Positions 45,555-58,286 of a stretch of DNA of 64,000 nt are shown here, one piece after another (the first letter of the stretch is position 1; each line of letters opens with the position of its first letter). The DNA is taken from contig JBHGNT010000012.1 of assembly GCA_043228905.1 (NCBI GenBank), positions 21,080,001 to 21,144,000 on the forward strand, written 5' to 3'. This DNA is from Azolla caroliniana (lineage: Eukaryota > Plantae > Polypodiophyta). Under the pieces are notes generated by a model. The model did no database searches. It was given only the letters and a program-made list of their open reading frames with translations, and had not been told where the DNA came from. The translations under genes and the position numbers were made by a program.

Positions 45555-47630
45555 CACTAATAATTCATATACATAATGATTTGCCCTAAGTGTATTTATA
45601 CTCATACACAATATGAGTTATTTACAAATATAACCTATTAAGGGCACATTGAGGCTATTTACAAATATAGTCTCGAGTCGGCTTCGACCAATTCAGCTAT
45701 TAGCCGAATCGATAATTATTCCCAATTTGGCCTCGACCAAATTGGGAATCGGTTGATTCAACTTACTCTTCTCTCCGACTCGCACTCTCCTTCCCATCTA
45801 GAGGGACCTGTTTCCTAACATTTAGGTGCATACGATGTATGGGTATCCTATCCAATTGCGTTACTAGCACCATTGGTGTAAAACAAGGGTGCCCCCTATC
45901 ACCGACTCTTGTTGGGATCTACATTGATGAGATTATTTATTTTATTGCTCGTAAGGGAGGCAACTGAGTAGTCCTAGGGGGTACGCAAGTCAAACTAACT
46001 CCTACTCTATGCAAACAACATAGTTTTACTCTCTAAGTTTGAACATGACCTACAAAGGCACCTAGCCTTAGATGACTTTTGCACACAAAGAGGATTGGTG
46101 GTGAATCTAGGGAAAACTAAAGTCCTTATCTCCACACATCAAATACTCATTAGGACTAAATGTCACCTAACACTCTGTCATAGACTAGTTGATGTAGTTG
46201 GATCATATGTATATCTTGGAATCACTTGCAATGCTCACTCAAGTAAATTTTTAATGACACAAGCAACTGAATATAGAATAACAAGAGGATATGCATCCCT
46301 CTCACTCTTGGAGGGACAATGCCACCAAGCATACTTTCAAGAGCCACGAACTAAGTGGTGGCTCTTTGACTCATGAGTGACCCCTTCCCTCATGTATGCA
46401 TCAATGGTTTGGGCTCCAAGGCCACCTTTCATGTGGGTGCAATTAGAGAGACCATTGGTGATGATGTTGTCACATCAACTCCAACGCAAATCAATAGTAC
46501 CACATGACATCATTAGAGTAGAGTTCACTTTACCCCCTATGCTAATAGAAGCACTTTTTCAACTAGTAGTTTTTATTTATGTATAGGGTACATAGCCAAT
46601 CACAAGATAGGATATCTCATCAAGCTTTTGAGGTATCGCGGTCACTTAATGAGTCCGGCGATATTAGCTCTTGGCATAACATTGTGGTAAGTTGGCTTTT
46701 ATCAAACGGCCTAAACATTAATAACCTAGATATCCTCTTAGGTACAACCACAAGACCGATAAAACTTTAATCTCTCATGAGGATCATAATAAAGTAATAC
46801 CCCAAAAAATATGGAAAATTTACACTCGACATAAATGAATCAACCCACTAGAGCCATTCCCATCTAAAATGTTGTACTATAAGGAACACTTCATACACTT
46901 CTCTAAGTTAGGTTTTATTATACGACCAAATTATCGAGATACATTCTTACTAAATGCACTAAGGGTTGTCATTTGACAACTTAGAGTATCATCTCACCAA
47001 CTTGAAATTGAGAATGGTCGTGTTAATGGAGTCCCCATAGAGGAAAGGATGTGTAGCTTATGTCACATAGAGATAGAGGATGAGTATCACTTTACATGCA
47101 AGTGTCCAGCTTATGTCGAGATAAGGACAAAATACCAAGACATATTAGGACCCTCTCCCACCCTCTCCAAACTATTAGATACTCCATATATAAAGACACT
47201 AGGTAGATATATCTTAGAGCTAAAATGACATCGAGAGAATAAGCTACAAAATGTTAATCATAACCTTTCTAATATTCACCAACATGTAACCAATGAAATT
47301 TTTCAGGGACAGGTGGGGACGATGAGTGTGGACACACCTGCACCACTCGGCCTCTCCCTCTCTAAAGCAGAAAATCAAAAAGCAACCAAACGCCCTTGGA
47401 TACCGAGCCATATTCCGAATGAAACTAGACCTAACACATAGCCATAATTTTCCTTTATAGAATATGTTACACCATAACATCTTTTGTACAACTAGAACTC
47501 TTTTATCTATGTTTATTTTAATTTTATTTTCTATGATTGGGTACACATCCCATTTTGTTGTAACCAATTGTCTCATGGGCCAAATTTGGTCTTAAACAAC
47601 GTTAATGTATCTTTCTTTCTTCTTTCTAAT
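44590..47630 (+). mobile_element. 5'-truncated, decayed LINE (RTE/RTEX-like); boundaries approximate
   Basis: Fragments PIHKGGDP..LAKLY, LYCCFVDFHKAFD, GVKQGCPLSPTL, VVNLGKTKV, and the C-terminal LRVSSHQLEIENGR..ERMCSLC..EDEYHFTCKCPAY. Ends in a TCTT-rich tail near 47610-47627. Confidence 0.75.
45237..45820 (-). mobile_element. Solo LTR (584 bp) of a Tork-like Copia family, inserted in the LINE RT region
   Basis: TG..CA termini; flanks TCTAG and TTTAG (one mismatch). The reverse complement shares CTATATTTGTAAATAGCC, TATAAATA..CTTAGGGCAAA, (GA)n and CTCCCGTG..TTTCCACGTTAA with the LTR at 8692. Confidence 0.8.
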
Positions 47631-50600
47631 GTTAATCTATTGAACTTGGTACCTACTTCGATGGTGATGTCTTCATGAATCATGTTACATAGGGTGACTA
47701 CTTACGAGGATCAATATTAGGTCAAACATTAGGTAGTTGTGTCAACCATCAACAATAAAAGTGACTATTGTCGTAATCTCCAAACCACAACTCCAAGTTG
47801 AATTATACTTGGTATCCTAGAATCCTCTTAATAAGATTATTTAAAGTTTGAATAACACCTACTTTAACCTACACTTTTTTATGAATATGTGATATGATAA
47901 TCAAGATAATCGATATATGTCTATTAACTAAATTAATAGACATATGTTGATTATCTTGACTATCATATCACAAATTATGTCAAAAGTAGCTTTAGATGTA
48001 TTTGGCATGGACCATAAACTTTCTTACACCACAAACATGCATAAATTTGCATTGCACAAAACTTGACATTGCACAATGCAATTCCAAGACCTTGATTCTC
48101 CTTGATTCCCATGTGATCATCATAACATTGAAGAGTCTCTTGAATTATGGCTATGCCTCACCTCCTTGGATGTGTTTGACTGTGGTCAACTTTCTAACAT
48201 GCTATACTTTCACTTGAGCATCATCCATAATATTATTTTTCCACACACATGAGATTAAATAGCATTGATACAATACACAAAATTTAAGAAATACAATACT
48301 CGAAAAGCTCAAGAAATCACCACTTAGCTTTAAGCAAGCTCCAATGCAAAACAATTTGGTTAATACGTTAATGTGAAATGTTATATTCCTATTGGGTATT
48401 CTCCACTTTAAAATATAAATGGCATTTTTTGCGCACAATTCAACCAAAGACGTTAGGAAAAAGTTATTAAAAATGGTTCATAGAAGCAAATAAACATAAT
48501 AAATGTTGTGAAAACATTGAACGCAATTAATTGTGTTGTACATAGGAAGGCAGGGTAAAGAGGTAGTTGAGAAATGAAATAAACTTCTATGTATATTTTC
48601 AATTTATCCTATGGAAATTTCTTCAACATTAAGCTCTTGCAAAGAAAGTGAGAAATAGTTAAGTAATTGTAAAGTAATGGTTTGGAAACTTATGAAACAA
48701 GTTATTGCATGGAAAAGCACAGTGTGAATGCATTGCCTAAAATATACATTATAAATGATATTTTTGTATACTCTTATATGTCTTAAGAAAGTATTGACTA
48801 TAGATGCATAAGTTTATACTATATGGAATTCTAAATATGAAATTCATGACTATGATGTTGTAGGGGTAGATATTGTGCTTTATTCTTGAGTAATGGATTC
48901 GCTCTTCATGTGGTCATAATAAAAACTTCTCAAATTTTGATTTTGCATTCACTTCGTAAGTTTAGTTTTAGATTTAAACACTAATTGTTTGCTTCTATGT
49001 ACAAGAAATGGCAACTATAACATCACTCTTTAAAAGGTATTTCTATCAATAACAATGTATAAATCTTGCTTTCGAAATTTTGCACATATTAAAGAAAATC
49101 ACATTTTGAAATATTCTGCGTGGTGCTTCTAATGATGCGATCATGAATTACTTTGGCATCTGGATGAAATTATATTCCTCTAAAGTCAAATAAAGTACAT
49201 TTAGATTACAAATCTATGAGGAACTATTCCTACTTCTACTTAAAATCATTATTTGTACATATTTATCTATACTTTGTGTCTTGATTGTGGTAAAGAAGAA
49301 TTCTAGTTCATAATCATCCAATTTGCAACAAAAATGCCAATGACCAATTTCCAAATTGAAATACAACAAAGGCCAACATGCCTTAGAGCATTCAAATCAT
49401 TTCCTCCATGGACAGGACCACACTCTTTCTTTGAATCATTTCTATCAACTTTCCTTCTTTCCCACGCACAAACACATACAAAAGTTCTATCTACAAGCCA
49501 AGTAATGACCAACTAAAGGTCACCCTTGGTTACAATTTATTCTCTCAATGAGTGGGGTGGAATATACACATCACTCCAACGATGCAATCTAACCCTCTTT
49601 TGTTCTTACGGGCCACCATTAAACAATTATTACATTTCATCACGATATGGCTCAAGCAGAATCAATTCATTCCATGAGAGTTTCTCGATAATCATCAATA
49701 GCAACAAGAAAGATGAGCAAGGGTTGTAAGGTTCATTACTCTCGACAAAACGAACATCATGATTATAAAGAGAGAATGTTCATTCTGGTGGCAGAAAGTG
49801 ACACCATCATTTTTCAATTGATTAGCTAAGGGGTGACAAGGTGTGGCTAACCTTGTACGAAACTTTAGAAAAGGGAGTAAATATTCTGATTTGGCATTAT
49901 TATACGCATACATACTAAAAAATAGACCTAAGTAAGATTGCCCAATCAATGGCGTGTAAAGTGTCTTGGGTATCCTTTTGACCATCCATCATTTAGGAAC
50001 ATTCTTCCCTTCTTGATTGGCATTCCCCTTTCATATTGGGTCTTATTTACTATGTGCCATTGGGTGGTCAAAAATGTTTACAACATTGGGGTGCTACAAA
50101 AGCTGGCCTAACAAGTAAAATGTTGATATTATGAACACCGACTCAATCCTATTGTAAGTGGCACAATGTGAAATGTCGTGCAATTCTTTGTTATTTTTCC
50201 CCCTTACCTCATATATATGTTCTTCATCGAGCAAAAGGTTTGCTTTTGCAGTTTTGTGAAACTACAGGCCCGATTTTGTGAAATTTCAGCACATAATTTA
50301 TTTTCATATGAATATCACACCATCGAAATGTTTTCTAATTTCAACGACCCATATGTGGAAACTTTTATGATACTTATTTCCATACACCATCTAATTTTTA
50401 CACTATAAATTGTTCTGGATGTAGCATCAACAAGCTTGGTTTTGCCTCAAACTACATTAGGATATGTTCTCATTTCAATGTATCCAATGCTTCCGCATTA
50501 CACAAAATGCCCTTGTTTCCTTTGCAATGTCATGGCCCCTTCAAAAACAAGTATAGTTAGGGTTAGGCCTAGTTTTGTAAATGTTTCACATGTTATTGTA

Positions 50601-51243
50601 TTTCATATCAAATAAACCATCTAGGCTTGCTTATGATTCATTTTGTTTGCCTAGTGTTTTTGACAAAGGTAAGAGGCCTACATTCATAGTTCCACTAAAG
50701 TGAGGTCTAGTTTTTGTAACATTTCGATATATCTAAAAGCCATTCTTATTCATTGGTTTCCATAAACCAAGAGGTCTATGTTTGCGATTTCCTTCGACTC
50801 TAAGAGCCAAGAGGGCTAGAATTGGAGTTTCTCTAAATTAGAGGCCTACTTCTGTTGAAATATGATGACATAAGTTGTATAAATATCACATGTATTTCAC
50901 ATACAATATATGTATGTATGTATAGCTATGTAGAAAAAAGAAGAGGGACATATTTGCAATTCCTCTAAACTAGTTGGTTTTGTGTATAAAAAAGACGTTC
51001 TATTTGCACTTCCTCAAAACTAGAGGCCTAGTGATGCATCATCAAACACAAAGAGGATAGCAATCTATTCTATATAGAATGGGAGGGAGGGAAGAGGAAG
51101 CAAAAGAATAACAATGAAATGTATTGATAGGAGTCACATTATGTTACCTCTGGGATTAAGTTAGCGGGGATGCCCCATCTATCGGATGTGAGGATTGCTT
51201 GACCTTCGCTTCGGTAGCTCGCTCTCACACCGGAGAAGGAACA

Positions 51244-54200
51244 ATGGCACAAAGAAAGCTCATTGTCGAGGTTTGTAGCGCCCACAATTTGATGCCCAAA
51301 GATGGGGAGGGCTCTTGTAGTGCGTACGTGCAAGTCGAGTTCGACGGCCAACGTCGCCGCACAAAAACACAGCCCAAAGACGTGAACCCCGTGTGGTCAG
51401 AAATCATCGAATTCTGGGTCTCCAATACAAGTCACATGTCAGAGAACAACAATGATAACAACGTGTTGAGCGAGGAATGCATCGAAGCCACAGTGTATCA
51501 CGACCGTGGGGCCGGGAGGCGCCCGAATTTCTTGGGTCGTGTTTGTATCCACGGGAGCAATGTCGTGCCTAGCGGGCAAGAAGCAGTGGTCATGTACCCG
51601 CTCGAGAAGCGGAGCTTGTTCTCGCATATACGAGGCGAGCTCGCATTGCGAGTCTTTTATTACGATGAGGCGGCCACGGAGGCGGTGGTGGTGGGAGGAG
51701 GAGGAGAAGAGGCAGTGCTGCCACAGACGATGGATTTACCGGTCGGTCCTCTGCCTATCGAAATGGTGCCCGCCCCACCCGAGACAACTGGCATGCCACC
51801 CGCTACGGCCGTGGCACCACCGGAAATACCCGCTCCCGCTCCTGTGCCCATGCCGGCTCCACCCCACTACCATCCATTGGTCCCTCATTTCCAATCACCT
51901 CCACCGCCAGGCTCCGGTGCCCCCCCGCATCATGCCTTCCCTCGGCCCGTCCTCCTCGACCCCTTCTCCGTCCGCCGCACCTCCCCGTCCCTCGGCGAGA
52001 AGATCTCTACATACGACCTCATCGAGAAGATGCACTACCTCTTTGTCCGCATCGTGAAGGCCCGCCACCTCGCTCCCAAAGACAATGGCCCCCTCTCCAT
52101 GCCATCCTCCAATCCTTTCGTCCGCCTACACGTAGCCAACATTGTGGCGCGCACCCACACCGTGCAAAACAACCTCCACCCCGAATGGAACCAGGTGTTC
52201 GCATTCGGCAACTGGGACTCGCTCCGGAGCCAGACATTGGAGGCGAGCGTGTGGGACGAGGGCCACGCGGCTTCGCCCGACGATTTCATGGGCGCCGTCT
52301 TCTTTGATCTCCGAGAGGTGCCCAAGCGGGTGGCGCCTGATAGCCCCTTGGCTCCCCAGTGGTACCGGCTCGAGGCGGCGGTGCGGACCCACCACCAACA
52401 CCAGCACCATGTAGGAGGCCGTGTGGTGAGCGGAGAGCTTATGCTCGCGGTGTGGGTCGGAACGCAAGCCGACGAGGCCTTCGCCGAGGCATGGCAATCC
52501 GACACGGGCGGCTACATCCCTCACACGCGTGCCAAGGTGTACCTGTCACCGTCTCTATGGTACCTCCGCATTGCAGTGCTGGAGGCCCAAGATCTCCAGT
52601 CCGGGCATCGGGGCCGGCAGACCGATGCGGCGGGTGTGGCGGTGCGCATCCAGCTAGGGTTCCAGGCACTCCAGACGAGGCCCACTAGGAGCCGATCGGC
52701 CAATCCCTTCTGGGGGGATGATCTCATCCTCATTGCCCCCGAGCCGTTTGAAGCCGCCGACCATCACCTCCATGTCTCGGTTGTGGATCGAATCACCGCC
52801 TCCCACACCTCCACCTCCACCACCACCTCAGAAGAGGTGATCGGGCACACCCGCATCCCCCTCACCACAATCGAGCGCCGGGTCGATGCCCGCCTCGTCG
52901 GCTCCAAGTGGTTCAACCTCCACAAAGAGACCAATCACAACCACAACCATACCAATGAGAGTGGCAGAGGCACGGCCACTCACTTCGTCTACCGTGGCCG
53001 CGTGCACCTCCGGCTATGCTTTGATGGCGGCTACCACGTCATGGACGAGACCCCACAATTGAGCTCCGATTTCCGGCCCACTGCCCGCCAGCTCTGGCCG
53101 CAGAGGCCCATGGGATACTTGGAGCTCGGGATCCTCCGCGCTCAAGGCCTCCTCCCGATGAAGACCAAGGAAGGGCGCGGCGCGACCGATGCGTATTGCG
53201 TGGCCAAGTACGGGCCCAAGTGGGTGCGGACGCGCACCATTCTCGACAGCTTCGCGCCCGAATGGAACGAGCAATATACGGGGGAGGTATACGACCCGTG
53301 CACGGTCCTCACATTGGGTGTCTTCGACAATTCGGCGGCCGGCCGGCCCCTCACGACTACATCATCATCGAAGCCGAGGCTCGACACGCGGGTCGGGAAG
53401 GTGAGGATTCGGATCTCGAGCCTCCAGACGGGGAAGATCTACACGCACTCGTACCCGCTCATCGTGTTGCACAGGTCGGGCCCGAAGAAGATGGGCGAGG
53501 TGGAGCTGGCCATCCGCTTCTCACCCGCCACATCGAGCATGCTGAAACTGATTGCGGCCTACGGACAGCCGCTCTTCCCAAGGATGCATTACGTGCTCCC
53601 GATGAACCGGATAGTGCAAGAGTCACTAAGGCATGTGGCGATCGGGCTGATCTCGCAACGGCTCGAGAGGGCCGAGCCGCCTCTCCGAGCCGAGGTAGTG
53701 AGGTATATGCTAGACGGCCACACGACCCGATGGAGCATGCGGCGTACAAAGGCCAACTTCCGCCGGATACTCTCTGTCCTTAACGCCATCCGGGCCGTGT
53801 CCCGGTGGCTCGACGACATCTGCCGGTGGCGCAACACGATGACCACGCTCTTGGTCCACATCCTCTTCATCATTCTGGTGTGCTACCCGGAGCTCATCTT
53901 GCCCACTCTTTTCCTTTACATGTTCTTGATCGGGGCATGGCACTACCGCTTCCGGCCACGCGCCCCCCCGCACACCGATGTCCGGCTCTCGTGCGCGGAC
54001 ACCGCGCGCTACGATGAGCTGGACGAGGAGTTCGATTCGTTCCCAGAGACGAGCCGCCCCCCGGACGTGGTCAAGGCCAGGTACGACAACTTGCGTAGCG
54101 TGGGTTATAACTACGTCCAGCTCTCGTTGGGCGACCTGGCCGCGGTCGGGGAGCGGTTCCAGGCACTGCTCAGCTGGAGGGACACCCGTGCCACAGCCAT

Positions 54201-54375
54201 CTTTATCGGGTTCTGCCTCGGCGCCGCGGTCTTCCTTTATGTCATGCCCCTTCGGCTCCTCGTGCTCGCGTTGGGCATGTATTATCTTCGCCACCCTCGC
54301 TTCCGTGAGCTCAAGCCACCCGTGCTATTCAATTTCTTCCGTCGCTTACCCACATTGTCCGATCGGCTCCTATGA
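51244..54375 (+). CDS. MCTP: Multiple C2 domain and transmembrane region protein (MCTP; QUIRKY/FTIP-like), intronless, 1043 aa
   Basis: Four C2 domains (KLIVEVCSAHNLMPKDGEG.., YDLIEKMHYLFVRIVKAR, KVYLSPSLWYLR, TDAYCVAKYGPKWVRTRT) plus the PRT_C/TM tail (DELDEEFD..LSWRD..NFFRRLP..SDRLL). The ATG at 51244 is preferred over the TTG at 51199. Confidence 0.95.
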   Translation: MAQRKLIVEVCSAHNLMPKDGEGSCSAYVQVEFDGQRRRTKTQPKDVNPVWSEIIEFWVSNTSHMSENNNDNNVLSEECIEATVYHDRGAGRRPNFLGRVCIHGSNVVPSGQEAVVMYPLEKRSLFSHIRGELALRVFYYDEAATEAVVVGGGGEEAVLPQTMDLPVGPLPIEMVPAPPETTGMPPATAVAPPEIPAPAPVPMPAPPHYHPLVPHFQSPPPPGSGAPPHHAFPRPVLLDPFSVRRTSPSLGEKISTYDLIEKMHYLFVRIVKARHLAPKDNGPLSMPSSNPFVRLHVANIVARTHTVQNNLHPEWNQVFAFGNWDSLRSQTLEASVWDEGHAASPDDFMGAVFFDLREVPKRVAPDSPLAPQWYRLEAAVRTHHQHQHHVGGRVVSGELMLAVWVGTQADEAFAEAWQSDTGGYIPHTRAKVYLSPSLWYLRIAVLEAQDLQSGHRGRQTDAAGVAVRIQLGFQALQTRPTRSRSANPFWGDDLILIAPEPFEAADHHLHVSVVDRITASHTSTSTTTSEEVIGHTRIPLTTIERRVDARLVGSKWFNLHKETNHNHNHTNESGRGTATHFVYRGRVHLRLCFDGGYHVMDETPQLSSDFRPTARQLWPQRPMGYLELGILRAQGLLPMKTKEGRGATDAYCVAKYGPKWVRTRTILDSFAPEWNEQYTGEVYDPCTVLTLGVFDNSAAGRPLTTTSSSKPRLDTRVGKVRIRISSLQTGKIYTHSYPLIVLHRSGPKKMGEVELAIRFSPATSSMLKLIAAYGQPLFPRMHYVLPMNRIVQESLRHVAIGLISQRLERAEPPLRAEVVRYMLDGHTTRWSMRRTKANFRRILSVLNAIRAVSRWLDDICRWRNTMTTLLVHILFIILVCYPELILPTLFLYMFLIGAWHYRFRPRAPPHTDVRLSCADTARYDELDEEFDSFPETSRPPDVVKARYDNLRSVGYNYVQLSLGDLAAVGERFQALLSWRDTRATAIFIGFCLGAAVFLYVMPLRLLVLALGMYYLRHPRFRELKPPVLFNFFRRLPTLSDRLL

Positions 54376-56774
54376 TAATATTCTAAGTTGCAATATACAT
54401 CGTCAATGTGAACACATGCTTGTCTTGTCAGGTTCATGTTCATGTTCGGCCGACCGATGAATCCCCACCCTTCTCGTGTGATTGATGTCCATCCACCCCA
54501 CTCGTATATGTGTAATGTCAGCATCTCCATGTTTAGGTCTGTAGTTATATATATCATCCTCTCTCACACATTAGCTTCTGGTGTCGTTGCCTCTTACAAT
54601 GGTTTGAAATCATATGTCGAATTTTTACATTCACATTCACACAAACCTGACCAAACAAACATGATCCAATTGTGTGATTGGTGTGTTTTGAGTACTTCTT
54701 TGGGAGAATGTTCTTGGCCCTAAAGATTCCAGTCCTGACTCCAAGAACCTAAGTGCTTTGTTTTCTAGGGGAGCCAACAAATATATACCATGTAGGTGAT
54801 GTACCTACGTAAAGACAACATTCGACCACATTTTCTAGAACACCGTACTCTAATAGACTAGCACGATCAAAACATTGTTGACCCATTTCTTCTTGAGGCC
54901 AATGAGTATATGGAATGTATCGAGCACATAACTTCTTGCTAGGTAGTCTTAACCCCCGCCTCTAGCATGGCCATCTTTGGTTTTTAAGAGTCTACACATT
55001 AATATGTAAAGCTGGGAAAAAATAAGGTGTTTTGTGTACTAGCCTTTTATCCTTCAATTGTCATGAATCTGAGTTGATCGTTTCTCTTCATTCGAACATA
55101 AGAGGTAGTACACGATGTCCTCTTTTTTCCAGAAACCAACCTTCCATCTTGAAGATGATCCCATTTTATGTATGTTTCATTCCTTCCATAAGTACATTCA
55201 AATTATCCGATCACAAAAACATAACCCACACACTCTTCAATCAAGTTGTTTTCTTTGTAGATATTCTTTTATCCTTATCAGATGAGTAGAGTGTACCTTG
55301 ATTTTCGATTATTTTAGTGTTCAATTGTTTGCTAGCAACTCTTGAGAGGAGTAAATTTGCCACAAGAGAAAACATTGTTTTATGGCTATTATAGGGTCGT
55401 TTGATTATGGGGAATAACGTAAGTTGTGATTGTTAGTAGCATCCTCGTGTTCTATTCTTGTGATTTTGCTATTTCTTGGTTCTTAGCCTCATTTTTTATC
55501 CAAGTATGGCTTGATAACCATGTTCTATGCATGATTAATATTGTAACTTTATTGATGAATTCTATCCTCTACTTAAACTCTCTTGATTGTTGTTACATCT
55601 CATGCCAAAAAGAAAGATTTCTCATGCTCACGTCCACACCCAATGTAAGCCATCATCACTAGTGCAATTGGTGTTAGCCTCCTACTTTTGAAATATTTTA
55701 TCCCTTCTATGGAGATACCTAATGCATGAAGGATTTGTCATGGACAACCACGTTCCCAACATGTATTTTCAAATGCCAATGGCATATTTGTGTAATATTA
55801 TGCCCCATACCACCTATGACCCATGTCAACAACATGGAGAGAGAGATACGATGATTCCAAAAGGGTCAAACCCAATGATATCGACATTTCTAGGGAATCG
55901 AGGAACCAATGACACCATGCATGTGATGATGGAGAAGGGGCAGCAGCTTATCTTGCATGACACAAAGCAGGAGGAAGACATGTCAAGAAGCTCCACAATG
56001 TTGATGGCATGGAACATACATACGAGGGTTGTCATAAACTTGGCGAGACATGAGCAATATACTATTGCACATAATGGCAACATACACACACGAGGGTTGT
56101 GATAAGTTGGGGAGACATGTGTGATATATTTGCACACGATGGCAACAGAGTAGGGGCCAAACATTCGTCATGCATGCATCCGTATAAGATGATCGACCAA
56201 GGGAGGTGATGGCAAACAACACGAGATGGACACGCAGAGGGATGCATCGGAATCGAACCGACAACACGACAGATTGTAGAGAGAACCGAACAGGCGCTTA
56301 TTATACCGAGAGGCTCGGGTTTCGGAGGATGGAATCAACGGAACGGGGGTGGCGATCCGAGAAGCTCGGGTTTCGGGCGGGAATGGATGGGCGGGGCCCC
56401 CTGCGGAGAAGAAGAGTGTGAGTGTGTGCATCATACCGAGTGCATGAAGGTTTTGTTCTTGTTTTTTGTTTGGAGAGAGTTTAGGGTTTTTTTATTTTTT
56501 TGATTTTTTTAAATGGATGAGACTCGACCCGAGAGACAAATAAATACATATATAAATAGATATTAATAATAGATAAATGAATAAATAAATAAATAAACAT
56601 TTCTTGCCGATATAAATCCTTTCTTCTCTTTTTCTTCTTCACTCATACACAGAGTAAACAATTCGGGTTTCTCTGTATTCTTTCTGTGTTTTTCTCTGTC
56701 TGCAGGATTTGGCGTGGTCTCATTCCATTCGCTCTGATTCTTCCTCTCCGCAACTCCTCCTCTTCCCCTACCCG

Positions 56775-58277
56775 GTAAGTCTCTTCTTTTCTTCCTCTCT
56801 CTCTCTCTCGTTCCTTTGATCTTTCAATCATCTATCTGCTTTTTCTTTTTCGTTAGTTCTTTGCTGCGTTTCTTCATGCGTGTTTTGCTTCTCGTCCAGA
56901 TCAATTCGGAAGCTCTTGATCTATATGATTTACTCATGCCACAACATTTTCTTCATAAATGATTTCTGTTTCCCTTTCATTTTTCTTGTGCTCTTTTGAG
57001 TGTGTTTCTGCTGTATCTTTGTAGTTCCTTGTTCCTCTTCTTGATGTATTTCTACCGTTCCCCGGAAACCAAGATGGACGCTTTTGATCCATGGATTTGC
57101 TCCCTTTTTTCACGTTATGTTTTGTTTCATTATTGTGCTTTTTGATTGATTGTGTGCTATTTCATTTACTGTTTTCCTCTTCGTTAATTTCTTTGTTCTT
57201 TTGAGTTATTCTGCTTTCCACATGTAAGTATTGAATTTTGTTAATTTTTTCAAAGTCCATTTCTTGAGCAATGTTGCATGAATAATCAGGTTTATCATCA
57301 TCTTCGTCCACTTCTTTTAATTCTGTCCTTTAATCATGCATAGTCTATACCTCAGACCTGGAATGCAGAGAATTGCTTGCATGATCATGAAGAGTTCAAT
57401 GTCCTTTAATCATGCATAGTCTATACCTCAGACCTTGTATGCAGAGAATTGCTTGCATGATCATGAAGAGTTCAATGTCCTTTAATCATGCATAGTCTAT
57501 ACCTCAGACCTTGTATGCAGAGAATTGCTTGCATGATCATGAAGAGTTCAATATAATTTGTTCTAAGTAATTTTAATCTGGAAAACTCCTTGATTCAGTG
57601 TACTTGTTTTAAAGAAAATACTGATGGTGGAAATGCAATGTATCTTCATGTTAGATAACTTTTGTCAGTTCTTCCATTATCTTGTATAGAGTAACCATTA
57701 TGGAATCTTTGGATATTCGTAGAATTCTTTGTCAAACTGGCATATTTTCCTTTTTGTATGCTTTTCCATGAGTAGAACGTTGCATGCAGCTCAATTTGAT
57801 TTTATATCGTGCAATTTTTAGTGTAAATCTTATGATTTTGTGAAATCGCCATTTCTTCTTATAAGGGGACTGATGGAAGAAATCTTGTGATTCTAAATTC
57901 TTTTTTATCCTATTTGCTGATCTGGTGTACTTTCTTATGTAAGAGTACTGATGGTAGAAAGTTTTTGTATATAAAATTTCACAAGAAAGTCTAGTCTTTT
58001 GACATATTTTCTTGTTTGGTTTCACGTTCACAAGGAAAATTTGTGTGCTTCCATGTTGAAATCTCTGCTGACTGCACATGTTCTCTTATGAAAACACTGA
58101 TTGTAGAATTCTGCTTTTTTGCATTCTTTCTTGTGAGAGACTTATGTGCATGAGTAACCCAGAGATCACTACAGCTGATAATGCTATCATGCAAACAGAA
58201 GATGTTTTGTGAATATTCATGTTTCTCTTTCCTATTTTATGTCTGTTTTCTAATAGGTCTCTTTTTAATCTCTTTAG
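56775..58277 (+). other. Probable 5'-UTR intron of the 6PGD gene
   Basis: Strong donor CCG/GTAAGT at 56775 after a CT-rich leader; T-rich body; AG acceptors at 58256 and 58277 just before the ATG. Confidence 0.7.
57324..57552. repeat. 76-bp tandem repeat x3 in the 6PGD leader intron
   Basis: Copies start at 57324, 57400 and 57476 and are nearly identical. Confidence 0.92.
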
Positions 58278-58286
58278 AAATTTGCA

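Noticed and set aside
47700-50900. Decayed DNA-transposon or gene remnants in the AT-rich spacer
   Set aside because: No convincing motifs, TIRs or TSDs could be identified by eye.
51225-54557. Many overlapping antisense and alternate-frame ORFs over MCTP (and likewise over the retroelement pol genes)
   Set aside because: They are expected by-products of GC-rich coding sequence and have no independent domain evidence.
55400-56520. Short ORFs or a possible MITE upstream of PGD
   Set aside because: No recognisable domain or terminal repeats; only a short duplicated GGCTCGGGTTTCGG-like motif.
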